From: an uncultured virus (IMG/VR IMGVR_UViG_3300021963_000089)
Lineage: Duplodnaviria > Heunggongvirae > Uroviricota > Caudoviricetes
Length of the DNA stretch: 64,000 nucleotides
Virus record (IMG/VR): IMGVR_UViG_3300021963_000089
Direction: 5' to 3' (one strand)
The notes beneath the pieces were generated by a model. That model ran no database searches, was not told where the DNA came from, and saw only the letters and a program-made list of their open reading frames with translations. Positions 7,867-17,755 of the stretch are shown here, in pieces (position 1 is the stretch's first letter; every line of letters starts with the position of its first letter). Both the position numbers and the translations under genes were made by a program.

Positions 7867-8251
7867 GGGCGCGTTCAGGTTTCGATTTAAGGATGCGTTC
7901 ATGCTAGGCACGTAGAGGATGATAGTTGGCCTCTTTAAACGTCTATCAAAACATAACTGCTGAAGAAAACGTGGTTAGCTATGACTTCTCTTATGGAGAA
8001 GTTGCAGCACTCGCAGCCTAATTAAAGGTTGCACACTTGACTAATGACTGTTCGATAGTTGGTTGGGTGTTATCATCGAACTATAATTGGAATGATTGAT
8101 TTGCTCATCCAATCTACCATTCTGTAAATCTTAAGAAACGGATTTTTGATGATTTAGATTCTGTTTCCTATCAAATTCAAATCATACAAGCGTGTAGTCT
8201 GGTATGGATCACTTCTTAAAGACGCGAGTTCGATTCTCGCCGCGTCCACCA
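7867..8251 (+). ncRNA. ssrA: tmRNA; tag ORF 7959-8021 encodes (A)AEENVVSYDFSYGEVAALAA*
   Basis: 5' GGGCGCG...GGTTTCGA; 3' T arm gcgag-ttcgatt-ctcgc plus cgcgtcc-ACCA with G3:U70; resume context ataact-GCT; tag ends ALAA. Confidence 0.93.
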
Positions 8252-8262
8252 TTTTAACTTAT

Positions 8263-8289
8263 AACCCCGAGCATAGCTCGGGGTTTTTT
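8263..8289 (+). terminator. Rho-independent terminator after tmRNA
   Basis: aaccccgagc-ata-gctcggggtt followed by a T run. Confidence 0.8.
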
Positions 8290-8530
8290 ATGGTTCGAAG
8301 TCAATGTAACTATCAAATATTAGACAGTTTTTGTTGGTAGGATCTATATAACCTTCATCTGTTAGATACTTCACCATGTGTTCTCTACAATGTTCATCTT
8401 CATACAAATCACATTTTTCTGGGTGTCTTAATACAACAAAACGGTCATCCCATATGGTTATTTTGTGATTGTTGATTTCGATGTCATGAAAATTAACAGA
8501 GTCCATAACTATAAGTATATTTATATTCAA
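8288..8530 (-). CDS. Hypothetical protein (only plausible minus-strand gene)
   Basis: About 73-80-aa ORF fills the gap and converges on the terminator. Confidence 0.55.
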   Translation of the reverse strand: MNINILIVMDSVNFHDIEINNHKITIWDDRFVVLRHPEKCDLYEDEHCREHMVKYLTDEGYIDPTNKNCLIFDSYIDFEP

Positions 8531-8943
8531 TGAAATCCTACAGTTTGCTATACGAAGCTAGCATATATGATTATTTGATTTGGGAGCCTCAAGGCAAACT
8601 CAAGCATATTGCTGACACACTTGATACATACAATAACTTTTCGTCAGACGATTTGTTCAGAGGCATGTCCAAGAAGGAGTTGGATCTATTACAAAAGCAT
8701 GGCAGAGTAACTTCGAAGGGTAAAGGTAACACACGTAACATATATGGTAGTTATCTAGCTAGTGATTTCAAATTGAGTGCTAGATTTGCTTTGGTAAACT
8801 ATCGTGATAAGAAAGAGGGAGTCATAATCGTCGTAGATAAAAATAAGTTACCCGATTTAAAAAGTGTTGATCCAGGCAACTTTGTTACTAGTTATATACC
8901 GTTAGAAGCAGTAAAACAAATTATAGATTTATCAAAGTTATGA
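8530..8943 (+). CDS. ADP-ribosyltransferase-fold protein, probably virion-packaged
   Basis: LFRG, YLAS followed by helix SARFA, GVIIVVD strand and terminal IPLEAV; N-terminal SLLYE propeptide-like leader. Confidence 0.5.
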   Translation: MKSYSLLYEASIYDYLIWEPQGKLKHIADTLDTYNNFSSDDLFRGMSKKELDLLQKHGRVTSKGKGNTRNIYGSYLASDFKLSARFALVNYRDKKEGVIIVVDKNKLPDLKSVDPGNFVTSYIPLEAVKQIIDLSKL

Positions 8944-9119
8944 GCCAACTCAAATTAAACAAAGCAGATGCACAAAAGAAAGTATACGAACTAACCGAGA
9001 AGCTTCTCTTCGTAAAGAAGGACTTTAAGGATGTAGCAGCCGGATACAAGGAAAAGATCAAGGAAATTGAAAACGAAATCAAGGCTGTTGTAGAAGAATC
9101 TACGGCTACAACTCCGTAA
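8940..9119 (+). CDS. Small coiled-coil protein (59 aa)
   Basis: Read by hand (MSQLKLNKADAQKKVYEL...); ATGA overlap with the upstream stop. Confidence 0.65.
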   Translation: MSQLKLNKADAQKKVYELTEKLLFVKKDFKDVAAGYKEKIKEIENEIKAVVEESTATTP

Positions 9120-9242
9120 TATCATTTTTGTTTTTTAACACGTTTCTTTTTGGGTTTACGATCCTTATCAGTTGTCAATCGGATGCTATTTATAAACTCT
9201 TCCGTCTTGACATTTAATTTTTTCTTCATATAATTAAGTATC

Positions 9243-9635
9243 ATGTCAAGGATCAAAGAAAAAGTTAAACGTAAGAAACGTATAAAGAAAGATATTGTTG
9301 TTGACCGTGAGATATCTAAGTTGACAAAAGGTTTGGAAGTTGTTAACAAGACATATAGTGCTAACGGCAATCCATTCAAAATCTACAAGAATATTCCAAC
9401 CGAATTGGCGATAGATCATATGACTGAAAAGGGACGTAAGATATTGTCGTCCATATATCCAGACAGTCATGAAATTTATTTGGTTCAGTATCATCGCCCG
9501 GGTGAACCAACATATCCGCATGGCGGAGTAAAGATTTACAATAAAACATTGGGTGAACAAAGGTGTGTTTATCCAGATGCTGTGGTTAAACACAAAGACG
9601 TTGAGTATTACAATAAATCAATGGAAATCGATTGA
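9243..9635 (+). CDS. Hypothetical protein
   Basis: 130 aa; TTGACA(9207)-16-TATAAT(9229) promoter upstream. Confidence 0.7.
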   Translation: MSRIKEKVKRKKRIKKDIVVDREISKLTKGLEVVNKTYSANGNPFKIYKNIPTELAIDHMTEKGRKILSSIYPDSHEIYLVQYHRPGEPTYPHGGVKIYNKTLGEQRCVYPDAVVKHKDVEYYNKSMEID

Positions 9636-9739
9636 CATACATTCATCTAAGTGATATTGTAACGACCCTGTAGGGACTGATAATCCCCACAGTAACTAAT
9701 TATATCAATGCTATAACATAATAACACATATAAGAATAC

Positions 9740-9946
9740 ATGCAAACTAAGATTAAGAAAAACGAAAATATTAATGAGTCAGTTGATCGTTTTGTTGTGT
9801 TGCGAAATGGCGCTCGTGTTTCTGATGAGGAATATACGAACCGTAGTGAGGCACAACCAGAATTTGATCACTGGAACAAAGTTATTACTCGTTGGCCAGA
9901 TGGTAGTAAGTTGGAAATCGTTAACCTCTCAAAGAAAGGTAGGTAA
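9740..9946 (+). CDS. Hypothetical protein
   Basis: 68 aa; TTGACA promoter at 9632. Confidence 0.65.
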   Translation: MQTKIKKNENINESVDRFVVLRNGARVSDEEYTNRSEAQPEFDHWNKVITRWPDGSKLEIVNLSKKGR

Positions 9947-9948
9947 TT

Positions 9949-10179
9949 ATGGGACTACGTGAACAAATTAAAACCGCAAATTCTGAATCAGAAATTTCGA
10001 CCTTGTTGTCAAAGGGTAGAAATTTTGAGTTTGCATCTGAGCGAACCAAACAGTCTTGGAGATCCACAGCAAAGTTTAGACTTGCTCAATTGACTAACGG
10101 AGATACAGCACAAACACCAGAGAAGTCTAGTGAGACGAAGAAGGTCAAAGGCAAGACGGGTAAGAAGAAAGCTGTCTAA
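9949..10179 (+). CDS. Hypothetical basic protein
   Basis: 76 aa coupled to the upstream ORF; terminator-like hairpin at 10210-10243. Confidence 0.65.
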   Translation: MGLREQIKTANSESEISTLLSKGRNFEFASERTKQSWRSTAKFRLAQLTNGDTAQTPEKSSETKKVKGKTGKKKAV

Positions 10180-10263
10180 TAAATAGTAGATACAACTTGG
10201 TTAAATGATGAGGGCGCCAAAATTATGGCGCCCTTATTATTTTTGCGATAGATATTTATTAAC

Positions 10264-10638
10264 ATGGCAAAGAGGTTTCAACCAAAAATGATACCATCGG
10301 AGTTTAAGTCGATGGAGGAGTTTGTTATAAAGCATAAATCGGAGTTGACAGAACAAGTTGTCACCGCCATAGAATTTGCATTAAAAAACAATTTATCAAA
10401 TGTTGAGGTTTTCAATTTCAGTAAAACTGATTTTATAGTGGTTTTGAATATATCTACGTTCAAAGAGAACTTGGACAACATTTACAACTACTATATTAAC
10501 ACGGAACAATATGAATTCTGTGAACGTGTTTTGAACCTTCAAAAGATAATTAACCAAGAAAAACCTAATGAGCAAGAAAAAAGACACAAGTCCAAAAGTT
10601 CCCCAAAATCCAAAAATAAGGGACTCAATCCAAATTAA
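10264..10638 (+). CDS. Hypothetical protein
   Basis: 124 aa; TATTTATT upstream. Confidence 0.65.
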   Translation: MAKRFQPKMIPSEFKSMEEFVIKHKSELTEQVVTAIEFALKNNLSNVEVFNFSKTDFIVVLNISTFKENLDNIYNYYINTEQYEFCERVLNLQKIINQEKPNEQEKRHKSKSSPKSKNKGLNPN

Positions 10639-11278
10639 AAGTGTAGACTTAACTGAAAAACAAAAACAGCTCATAGAAGTATTACGAGACAAAAACACAA
10701 AACTAGTATTTGTAGCCGGTCCAGCCGGAACATCAAAAACATACACTGCAATTCTTGCCGGTTTACATCTTATTAATGATAAACGTGTAAGCGAACTGAT
10801 TTATATCAGAACAGCTGTCGAAAGCAGTGACAGCAAGTTGGGATTTTTGCCTGGTGAAATGGACGACAAGATGAGTCCATATATACAACCACTCGTTGAT
10901 AAGCTTGAAGAAATGTTGCCTAAACATGATATCGAAAAGCTTAAAAAGGAAGAACGTATTCATGGAGCACCAGTTAACTTTCTTCGTGGTCTAAACTGGA
11001 ATGCTAAATGTATTGTTGCCGACGAAGCACAAAACATGACCAAGAAGGAACTAATCACTTTGGTCACAAGAGTAGGTGAGTTCAGTAAGTTGTATGTTTG
11101 TGGTGACCCAGATCAAAGTGATATCAATGGCAAGAGTGGTTTGACTGCCATTATGAATGTGTTCGACGACGCAGAAAGTCGTGAGAATGGAATTCATATA
11201 TTCAGATTTACTGAAGACGATGTAGTGAGAAGTGGTCTGGTCAAATTTATATTAAAAAAACTCAAAAAGTTTACCTGA
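10568..11278 (+). CDS. phoH: PhoH family ATPase
   Basis: GPAGTSKT Walker A, LGFLPG, FLRG, DEAQN, GDPDQSD, VVRSGLV. Confidence 0.95.
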   Translation: MSKKKDTSPKVPQNPKIRDSIQIKSVDLTEKQKQLIEVLRDKNTKLVFVAGPAGTSKTYTAILAGLHLINDKRVSELIYIRTAVESSDSKLGFLPGEMDDKMSPYIQPLVDKLEEMLPKHDIEKLKKEERIHGAPVNFLRGLNWNAKCIVADEAQNMTKKELITLVTRVGEFSKLYVCGDPDQSDINGKSGLTAIMNVFDDAESRENGIHIFRFTEDDVVRSGLVKFILKKLKKFT

Positions 11279-11300
11279 TTGATAATTATATTTATAACAT

Positions 11301-13838
11301 ATGGCAGTATTAACAAATAAAGCGAGACCAGTCCCAGCCCTACCAGAAACAACAGGTAGTAGGGCTGGTGATTTTCTGATAATTCAGGACGTAACTAGTA
11401 ATGTAACCAAAAAGATAACGTTCAGTAATTTGGTCAACTCTATATTTTCGGCACCACCAAGCACAGTTGAATTTACTGGGTCTTTTTACGTTCCGACTGC
11501 ATATACTTTAACTTCAAAGGGTCTTACAAAATTGGGTGTCGGTCCAAGCGGTTTACCTTCAATAAATACATACTATGATGGAGTGCTTGGCAATCAAGTC
11601 TATATAAGAACCAACATATTTGATGTAGTCAGCAATGAAGGTAATATTACTGTAACCAATACACTTTTCTTGGAAGGTAGTTCGGTGTTGATTAATGGTA
11701 ATACTGAGTTCAACAGTCCTATCACGGCATCTTATGGAAGAATTACCAACCTAATAGCTACAGTTACAGGCAACTTTTTTGGTGGGTTGTATGGAGATGT
11801 ATACTCTGCAACTGGTAATAAAGTATTGGAGAATGGTGCTGGTCCAGCAAAAGATGCGCAATTTACTGGAACTTCTAGTTATGCATCAAGGGCAAAATCT
11901 GCATCATATGCACATGTTGCTACAAATGCATTTACGTGTTCTACAAATGTTGTTTTTGCTGATACCGCTACGTCCGCTTCATATGCTCTTAGTGCTAGTC
12001 AAACACAAGTGGCGAAAACCGCATCATATTTAGAATACAGTATAAATAATGGTTCGGCATCGTATGCGGTTTTTGCTGGAAGTGCATTGAACGTGATCAA
12101 CACTCCTACAACAGCTGTGAGTGCAAGTTATGCTTTAAAATCAGCTGCTACAGATGAAGTTGACGGAGTTGGTCTTGGAAATGGTAGTGGCAATTTCAAT
12201 ATCGCATTTTTCTCACAGTCTGTGGTTGCGTCAAATGTAGGAATGAAACGAGTTACAAATGGCACAGGCATTGGTAATTATCAATTGTTGGAGATATCTT
12301 CATCAAGATATTTGAACGGGTTGAGAGTAGCATCCAGAGGATATAATGGACAAAATCAATCATTGATCTCGTTCTATAATTTAAATAATGCAAAGAATCT
12401 AATCAACTATCCAAACATTTCTGGATATACGATTGGATCGATCAATAGTGGAAGTTTAACATTTATTGCTCCACTCGGTAGTGCAGAATTTTCTTCTTCA
12501 ACCAGAACAGCTGTAGGTAGTGCTACCGAAACTTACGGGCTTGTAAGCAGAAGATCTGGATATTATTTCTGGCCATATCTAGCATCAAATACTCCATCAA
12601 GAGAAGGATCTATTGGTATTGGTTTCCAACCACCTACATCAGCTGATACCGATCCTACATTGCTTGGTAAGTTTAGTATCAGATGTTTTAGCTCAAGCAA
12701 AGCACACGTTGGTAAAGTCACGGGACAAGCTTTGACTGGAACTGTGAAGTTGCCTGAGTATGCAATTTATGTAGACTATGGTTCTAGTAGTTATAATCCA
12801 ATTTTCAGTGTGGGTGCTTCTGGTTCAAATGCTGGTGACGTTTATGTTGGTGGTGACATGACCGTGGCAGGAACATTAAATGCTACACTTGGTTATGGAA
12901 CTCAAACTGCAAATGCATTTGCAGTAAGATATCCGCTTGGTGCGATAACTTACGGAGATTACATCTTCTATTGTCAATCCAATTTCACAAACAAAGGATA
13001 CTTTTTTAGACTAAATCAAGTTACAAATGAAGTAACTAAAATTTTTGACGGAAATAATACTTTTTCTCCAGCAAGACAGTTTTATGTTGGTCACATGGCA
13101 CTTCATAACTTTGACAACAATGGTGTCACTGGAGATTATATAGTGGTCACCGATAGTTCATACATATATGCATTCGGAGCTTTGACTTCTGGAACTCCAA
13201 CAATCACAGAATTTTCAACTGGCGGAGGTAATTTTTATCAATTTAAATGCGCGTATGTAGATGCGTCTTCTGGTTTACCTGGAACAGGTGCAGGAACGCC
13301 AACACACCCTACTTTCTACTTGTTACCCGACTCGTTTCAAGCTGGAGGTAATACGGCCAATGGTCTAACAATGTATAAGATTTACTGGAATGGATCTGCA
13401 TATACCTATGCTACAGTAGGAACAGCATTGGATATATTGAATAATTCTCTTGTATTGGGTAATTCAAATTTGGTGAGTATAAATGGCACCATTAACTACA
13501 ATACAATAACTAACATATATAATCCAGTTAAACGTAGATGGTATTGTATTAATAACAACAGTGGTATGTGTGATATATTCAATATCAATGCGTATAGTTC
13601 TAATGATATTGGAGCATGGTGGGCCCAGGCAGCAGCAATTAGAGATCCACAATTGCAATATGTAAAGACTATTGTAATTCCACAACAGGGTTCTAATTAC
13701 TGGACTGATTCTAACTGGGAATCATATGGTTTGGAGTATGACACAACCACGGGTCAAGAAAAGTTCTGGACATGGAATCGTGTCAACAACAGTTCATTGA
13801 CGGGTATTGTGGGTAAATCACCATACTACGGTAGCTAA
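11301..13838 (+). CDS. Tail fibre / receptor-binding protein
   Basis: 845 aa; repeated (T/S)ASYA units at about aa 190-280; Ser/Gly/Thr-rich beta structure; aromatic-rich C-terminal domain. Confidence 0.65.
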   Translation: MAVLTNKARPVPALPETTGSRAGDFLIIQDVTSNVTKKITFSNLVNSIFSAPPSTVEFTGSFYVPTAYTLTSKGLTKLGVGPSGLPSINTYYDGVLGNQVYIRTNIFDVVSNEGNITVTNTLFLEGSSVLINGNTEFNSPITASYGRITNLIATVTGNFFGGLYGDVYSATGNKVLENGAGPAKDAQFTGTSSYASRAKSASYAHVATNAFTCSTNVVFADTATSASYALSASQTQVAKTASYLEYSINNGSASYAVFAGSALNVINTPTTAVSASYALKSAATDEVDGVGLGNGSGNFNIAFFSQSVVASNVGMKRVTNGTGIGNYQLLEISSSRYLNGLRVASRGYNGQNQSLISFYNLNNAKNLINYPNISGYTIGSINSGSLTFIAPLGSAEFSSSTRTAVGSATETYGLVSRRSGYYFWPYLASNTPSREGSIGIGFQPPTSADTDPTLLGKFSIRCFSSSKAHVGKVTGQALTGTVKLPEYAIYVDYGSSSYNPIFSVGASGSNAGDVYVGGDMTVAGTLNATLGYGTQTANAFAVRYPLGAITYGDYIFYCQSNFTNKGYFFRLNQVTNEVTKIFDGNNTFSPARQFYVGHMALHNFDNNGVTGDYIVVTDSSYIYAFGALTSGTPTITEFSTGGGNFYQFKCAYVDASSGLPGTGAGTPTHPTFYLLPDSFQAGGNTANGLTMYKIYWNGSAYTYATVGTALDILNNSLVLGNSNLVSINGTINYNTITNIYNPVKRRWYCINNNSGMCDIFNINAYSSNDIGAWWAQAAAIRDPQLQYVKTIVIPQQGSNYWTDSNWESYGLEYDTTTGQEKFWTWNRVNNSSLTGIVGKSPYYGS

Positions 13839-13878
13839 ATTTAAAGTATAAAAGAAACAATACGATATTTATTAACAT

Positions 13879-15171
13879 ATGTCAAGTCCATGTAACAGCT
13901 TAAACGTCCAGACAATCAAGATAAGCTCTTTAAGAGATCCATCCAGAGCAATTCAATCGAATGATTATCTATTGTTGATTCAGAATGATTCACCAAACTA
14001 CTATTCTCGAAAAACAACAATTAGTGATTTGGTGTCATATATAAGTGACCTTGACGGTAGTTACACTGGTAGTTTTACTGGTAGTTTTATAGGAATACAC
14101 ACTGGTAGTTTTACTGGTAGTTTTGTAGGCGACCACACTGGAGATCTTGTTGGAACATCAAGTTGGGCTACAAATGCCGTAACTACTGAGACTGCTTCAT
14201 ATGTTGAGGGTTACGTATCTGGTTCAGGCACTACAGATTACTACGCATATTGGAAAAATTCAGCCGAAGTAGCCGGTTCTGATTGGTTACGTCGTAATAC
14301 CACTGGAACCGTCGCCGGGTTTGGATTGGCAGGAGCATATCCAGCCGCAACTGGCAGAGTTACATTGTATAGACCATTGGCAGTAAATAACTACATTGGT
14401 CAACAGTTTATTCAGTTCTCAGCATCTGCTGCTGGAATTAATTACATGTATGATATTGGATTGCAACCTGGTTCCAGCTACATAAGAACCGGTGCAAATT
14501 TTGCAATATATTATTCTGGTTCGTATGATGGAAATACCAGTTTTGTTTCTGCAAGTGAAAAAGACGGATACTGGAATCCAAATACCGCTGCTAAGAAAGG
14601 TATATATGGATGGACATCATTTGGTGTTCGTGGTCGTCTTATAGGTGTTGGACACTTCCCACAAACCAACAATGTTCAGGCTCAATTACACGTTCATTTG
14701 AGTAGTTCATTTGGTTGGCCTCAATACTATGCTGATAATGTGAGTCAAACTAACACTTACATTCCACATCGTAACGTATTCTTGGTCACATCTGGTAGCT
14801 CTTACACAAAGTTGATGAGAGTTAGTGGTAGTGGTCAACTCGACGTTCGTGGTGATATCGTGGCATATTCAACATTTGCTTCATCAGACGCACGTTTGAA
14901 GGATGATATTGAACCAATCGAAGACGCAATTGGAAAATTGTCATCTTTGAATCCAGTTTCATTTGTTTGGAACAACACTGAACAATCAGATTTTGGTTTG
15001 ATTGCTCAAGAAGTTGAAGATGTGTTCCCAGAGTTTGTCAAAGAAGACATGAACGGATTTAAAGCAGTTAAATACAATTCGTTTGTATCATTGTTGATCA
15101 AAACTGTTCAAGAACAACAAGCATTGATAGAAGATCTACAAGATCGTGTATCTGCCTTGGAAGACAAATAA
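13879..15171 (+). CDS. Tail fibre with C-terminal peptidase S74 intramolecular chaperone
   Basis: SDARLKDDI...GLIAQEVE...terminal coiled coil; TGSF repeats at the N-terminus. Confidence 0.85.
   Translation: MSSPCNSLNVQTIKISSLRDPSRAIQSNDYLLLIQNDSPNYYSRKTTISDLVSYISDLDGSYTGSFTGSFIGIHTGSFTGSFVGDHTGDLVGTSSWATNAVTTETASYVEGYVSGSGTTDYYAYWKNSAEVAGSDWLRRNTTGTVAGFGLAGAYPAATGRVTLYRPLAVNNYIGQQFIQFSASAAGINYMYDIGLQPGSSYIRTGANFAIYYSGSYDGNTSFVSASEKDGYWNPNTAAKKGIYGWTSFGVRGRLIGVGHFPQTNNVQAQLHVHLSSSFGWPQYYADNVSQTNTYIPHRNVFLVTSGSSYTKLMRVSGSGQLDVRGDIVAYSTFASSDARLKDDIEPIEDAIGKLSSLNPVSFVWNNTEQSDFGLIAQEVEDVFPEFVKEDMNGFKAVKYNSFVSLLIKTVQEQQALIEDLQDRVSALEDK
14061..14142 (+). repeat. Coding tandem repeat (actggtagtttt; TGSF units)
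   Basis: Four near-identical 12-nt units in two blocks. Confidence 0.8.
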
Positions 15172-15174
15172 TTT

Positions 15175-17079
15175 ATGTCTGCTATAACAAGACTAAATAG
15201 ATCAGGTCCAATTGCATTTTCCCAACTCACAACGGGAACACCATATGGTTCTATTAACAATTTGATAGACAATGTTGTTGGAACACCTCCGACTCAAAAT
15301 ATTTCTTTGTCTTCGTCGTTGGGGTTGTTGATGAGAAACACGGGTGATCCAGTAACAGACACTCAAAATGCTTTGGGAATTGGTATAGGATTGGTGACCC
15401 TCAATGATTTGGCTGATGCCAGAATGAGTGAGTTTTATGGAGGCAATTTTTTAAGTGCATCTATACAAGAATATGGAGTTAATCAAGGAGTTAGGTATAC
15501 AAATTTTTATCCAGATAGTGTGGTGCCAAACGCGAATTTCTTAACTAGAGAAACGTCTAGTAGAGTATACAGATATGCTGTTTATTCAAAACCAGCAGCT
15601 TCTCCAGGGTCAGATTTTAGACTACAATATTCATATGTAAGACCAAATGATTCGGATGAATATATTTCAAATCTCACCAGTAACAACATCTATAAAATTG
15701 TATTGAAAGATGTAGTTTCTAACGCATTTACATCTAGTATATTCACTGGAACTTGTTCATCAACATCTACAACAAGTCCAACAACATTGTTTCAATCCAA
15801 CAATACAACAAACTTTCAAACAGCAATTGATTCGACCAAAGCATCAATCAATGCTAGTAGTGCTATATCAAGTCTTCAACGTCAAGATTTGAATTTTGTA
15901 TGTAATTTTTTATCAACATTGATCAACACTCCTGAGACATATACACTCAGTGGATTTTCAAGAATAATATCTACATCGTGGCCATCTGGTGGCACCAGAA
16001 CTTTTACAGTAGAAGGATTTATAGCAAATGTTGTAAATGGAGGAAGATATTTTGCCGGATATGTTTCTGCTTCTGGAGGAACGGGAACACTACCATATTC
16101 ATATGCTATTTCTGATGCTACGACAACCACTGGAAATGCTAGTCTTGCGGTTTCTACTATTTCAGATCCAAGTGCGTCTTCTTGTGGATCAGCCCCATCA
16201 ATTACTATTTCAAATACATCGGTTACTCAAAGATGTGGCACAGCAGCACAAGTAACAAACAATCCTACTACCCCATTGCAAGTGAGGTTCAGTGGTAGTG
16301 CGATTTTCATAAATCCTTCTACAAATGCTTATAGTGCTACATACACACTAAATGCTGATTGGATAAATTTGGCAAACAATCAATCTTTGTATGCCGCACC
16401 AGCTGGTATTGCACAATTGTTGCCAACATTCAGTCCATCTACGTTTACTTTAGCACCTGGTGCGACACAAATTGTTCAATATGGGTTCGGTTTACCATAT
16501 TATAATCAATCATATCAAAGTTCAAGTTTTTCAGCACGTGCTACATTTGCGGCATCTTTTGCAACATCTCCAAGCCCAACCGTGTTGCAAGGTCAGGTAT
16601 CTGCAACTTTAGACAAATCAGTATGTTATGTAGCTGCTCCACCTCCAAGTGGTGGCGGTGGTGGATGTCCAGCTGCTTGGCAATTGATGGAAACTCTTGA
16701 ACGTGGATTTATACCTGCTAGAGAAATCCAAATTGGCATGCATTTACGTGACATACAAGATGGTTTGTGGAACAAAGTCACAGTTGCTTACATCGCTAAG
16801 GCACCAATCTACAGAACCACAATCAATGGTAATGATTTTGATGTAGACGACAGTCATCAATGGTATGTTGGTAACGATGTATGGAAGGTTGTTACCGAAG
16901 TTAAGAAGGGTGACAAGCTTGAAGGCACCGAAGGTGAAGTATTGACTGTAGATGACAATATCTTGTTGTTTGAAGAAGAAGAATACATGCACTTGAATTG
17001 TGAAAACCAGAGATTTGTTATGGGAACTAATGTCATAGGTCACAATTTCCCACTCAAGGTTCCTATCGTAAAAAATTGA
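15175..17079 (+). CDS. Virion/tail-associated protein with C-terminal Hint domain
   Basis: GGGGG-C(16666)...VDDSH...VKKGDKL...IGHN(17046) followed by only 10 residues. Confidence 0.7.
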   Translation: MSAITRLNRSGPIAFSQLTTGTPYGSINNLIDNVVGTPPTQNISLSSSLGLLMRNTGDPVTDTQNALGIGIGLVTLNDLADARMSEFYGGNFLSASIQEYGVNQGVRYTNFYPDSVVPNANFLTRETSSRVYRYAVYSKPAASPGSDFRLQYSYVRPNDSDEYISNLTSNNIYKIVLKDVVSNAFTSSIFTGTCSSTSTTSPTTLFQSNNTTNFQTAIDSTKASINASSAISSLQRQDLNFVCNFLSTLINTPETYTLSGFSRIISTSWPSGGTRTFTVEGFIANVVNGGRYFAGYVSASGGTGTLPYSYAISDATTTTGNASLAVSTISDPSASSCGSAPSITISNTSVTQRCGTAAQVTNNPTTPLQVRFSGSAIFINPSTNAYSATYTLNADWINLANNQSLYAAPAGIAQLLPTFSPSTFTLAPGATQIVQYGFGLPYYNQSYQSSSFSARATFAASFATSPSPTVLQGQVSATLDKSVCYVAAPPPSGGGGGCPAAWQLMETLERGFIPAREIQIGMHLRDIQDGLWNKVTVAYIAKAPIYRTTINGNDFDVDDSHQWYVGNDVWKVVTEVKKGDKLEGTEGEVLTVDDNILLFEEEEYMHLNCENQRFVMGTNVIGHNFPLKVPIVKN

Positions 17080-17197
17080 TTTTTCGTATCTTGACAAATA
17101 TATATTCTTGATGGTAAATTACCGTCACGGCAACGCTCGAGTGAGGTTGCTATGATAATAAGTTCAATAGAATTATTATAAAAAAGAAAGGAAATAT

Positions 17198-17680
17198 ATG
17201 AGTATTGTTAGATATAAAGTGCCTGCATTGCGTCCTACTTCTAAGGACGATTTCGTAACCCCATTCGACAAGTTGTTCGATGAGGTTTTTGCAAATACCT
17301 TCCCAGAACTTACAAAGGATTTTGGTGTGGGTTTCTTCGAAAAGCAAAGTTATCCCCGTGTAGACGTAATTGATTATTCAGACCGAATTGAGGTTGTAGC
17401 TGAGATTCCTGGTCTTGATCGTGACGAGGTTGGTGTTGAAATTGAGGAGAATCTATTGATTATCAGTGGTCAGAAGACCAAGACTGTTAATGATAGTGAC
17501 ACCAAACGCACCTACATTCGTAAAGAATTGAAGCACAGTAGTTTCAAACGTGCTTTTGTGTTGAGTGATGTGTTTGATAAGGACACACCGTCTGCTAAGT
17601 TTGAAAATGGATTGTTAACGGTTACTGTGAAGAAGGTTAAACCTACACCTCCTACCAGTAAAAAGGTTAAAATCACATAA
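17198..17680 (+). CDS. Small heat-shock protein, Hsp20 family
   Basis: PRVDV, AEIPG, FKRAF, AKFENGLLTV alpha-crystallin motifs; sigma70 promoter at 17091; AAGGA RBS; terminator at 17706-17732. Confidence 0.95.
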   Translation: MSIVRYKVPALRPTSKDDFVTPFDKLFDEVFANTFPELTKDFGVGFFEKQSYPRVDVIDYSDRIEVVAEIPGLDRDEVGVEIEENLLIISGQKTKTVNDSDTKRTYIRKELKHSSFKRAFVLSDVFDKDTPSAKFENGLLTVTVKKVKPTPPTSKKVKIT

Positions 17681-17755
17681 TTACACAGTAAATTGGTTAT
17701 ATTCTACCCTCCATTTAAAGTGGAGGGTTTTTTATTTGTATTGATATTTATATAT

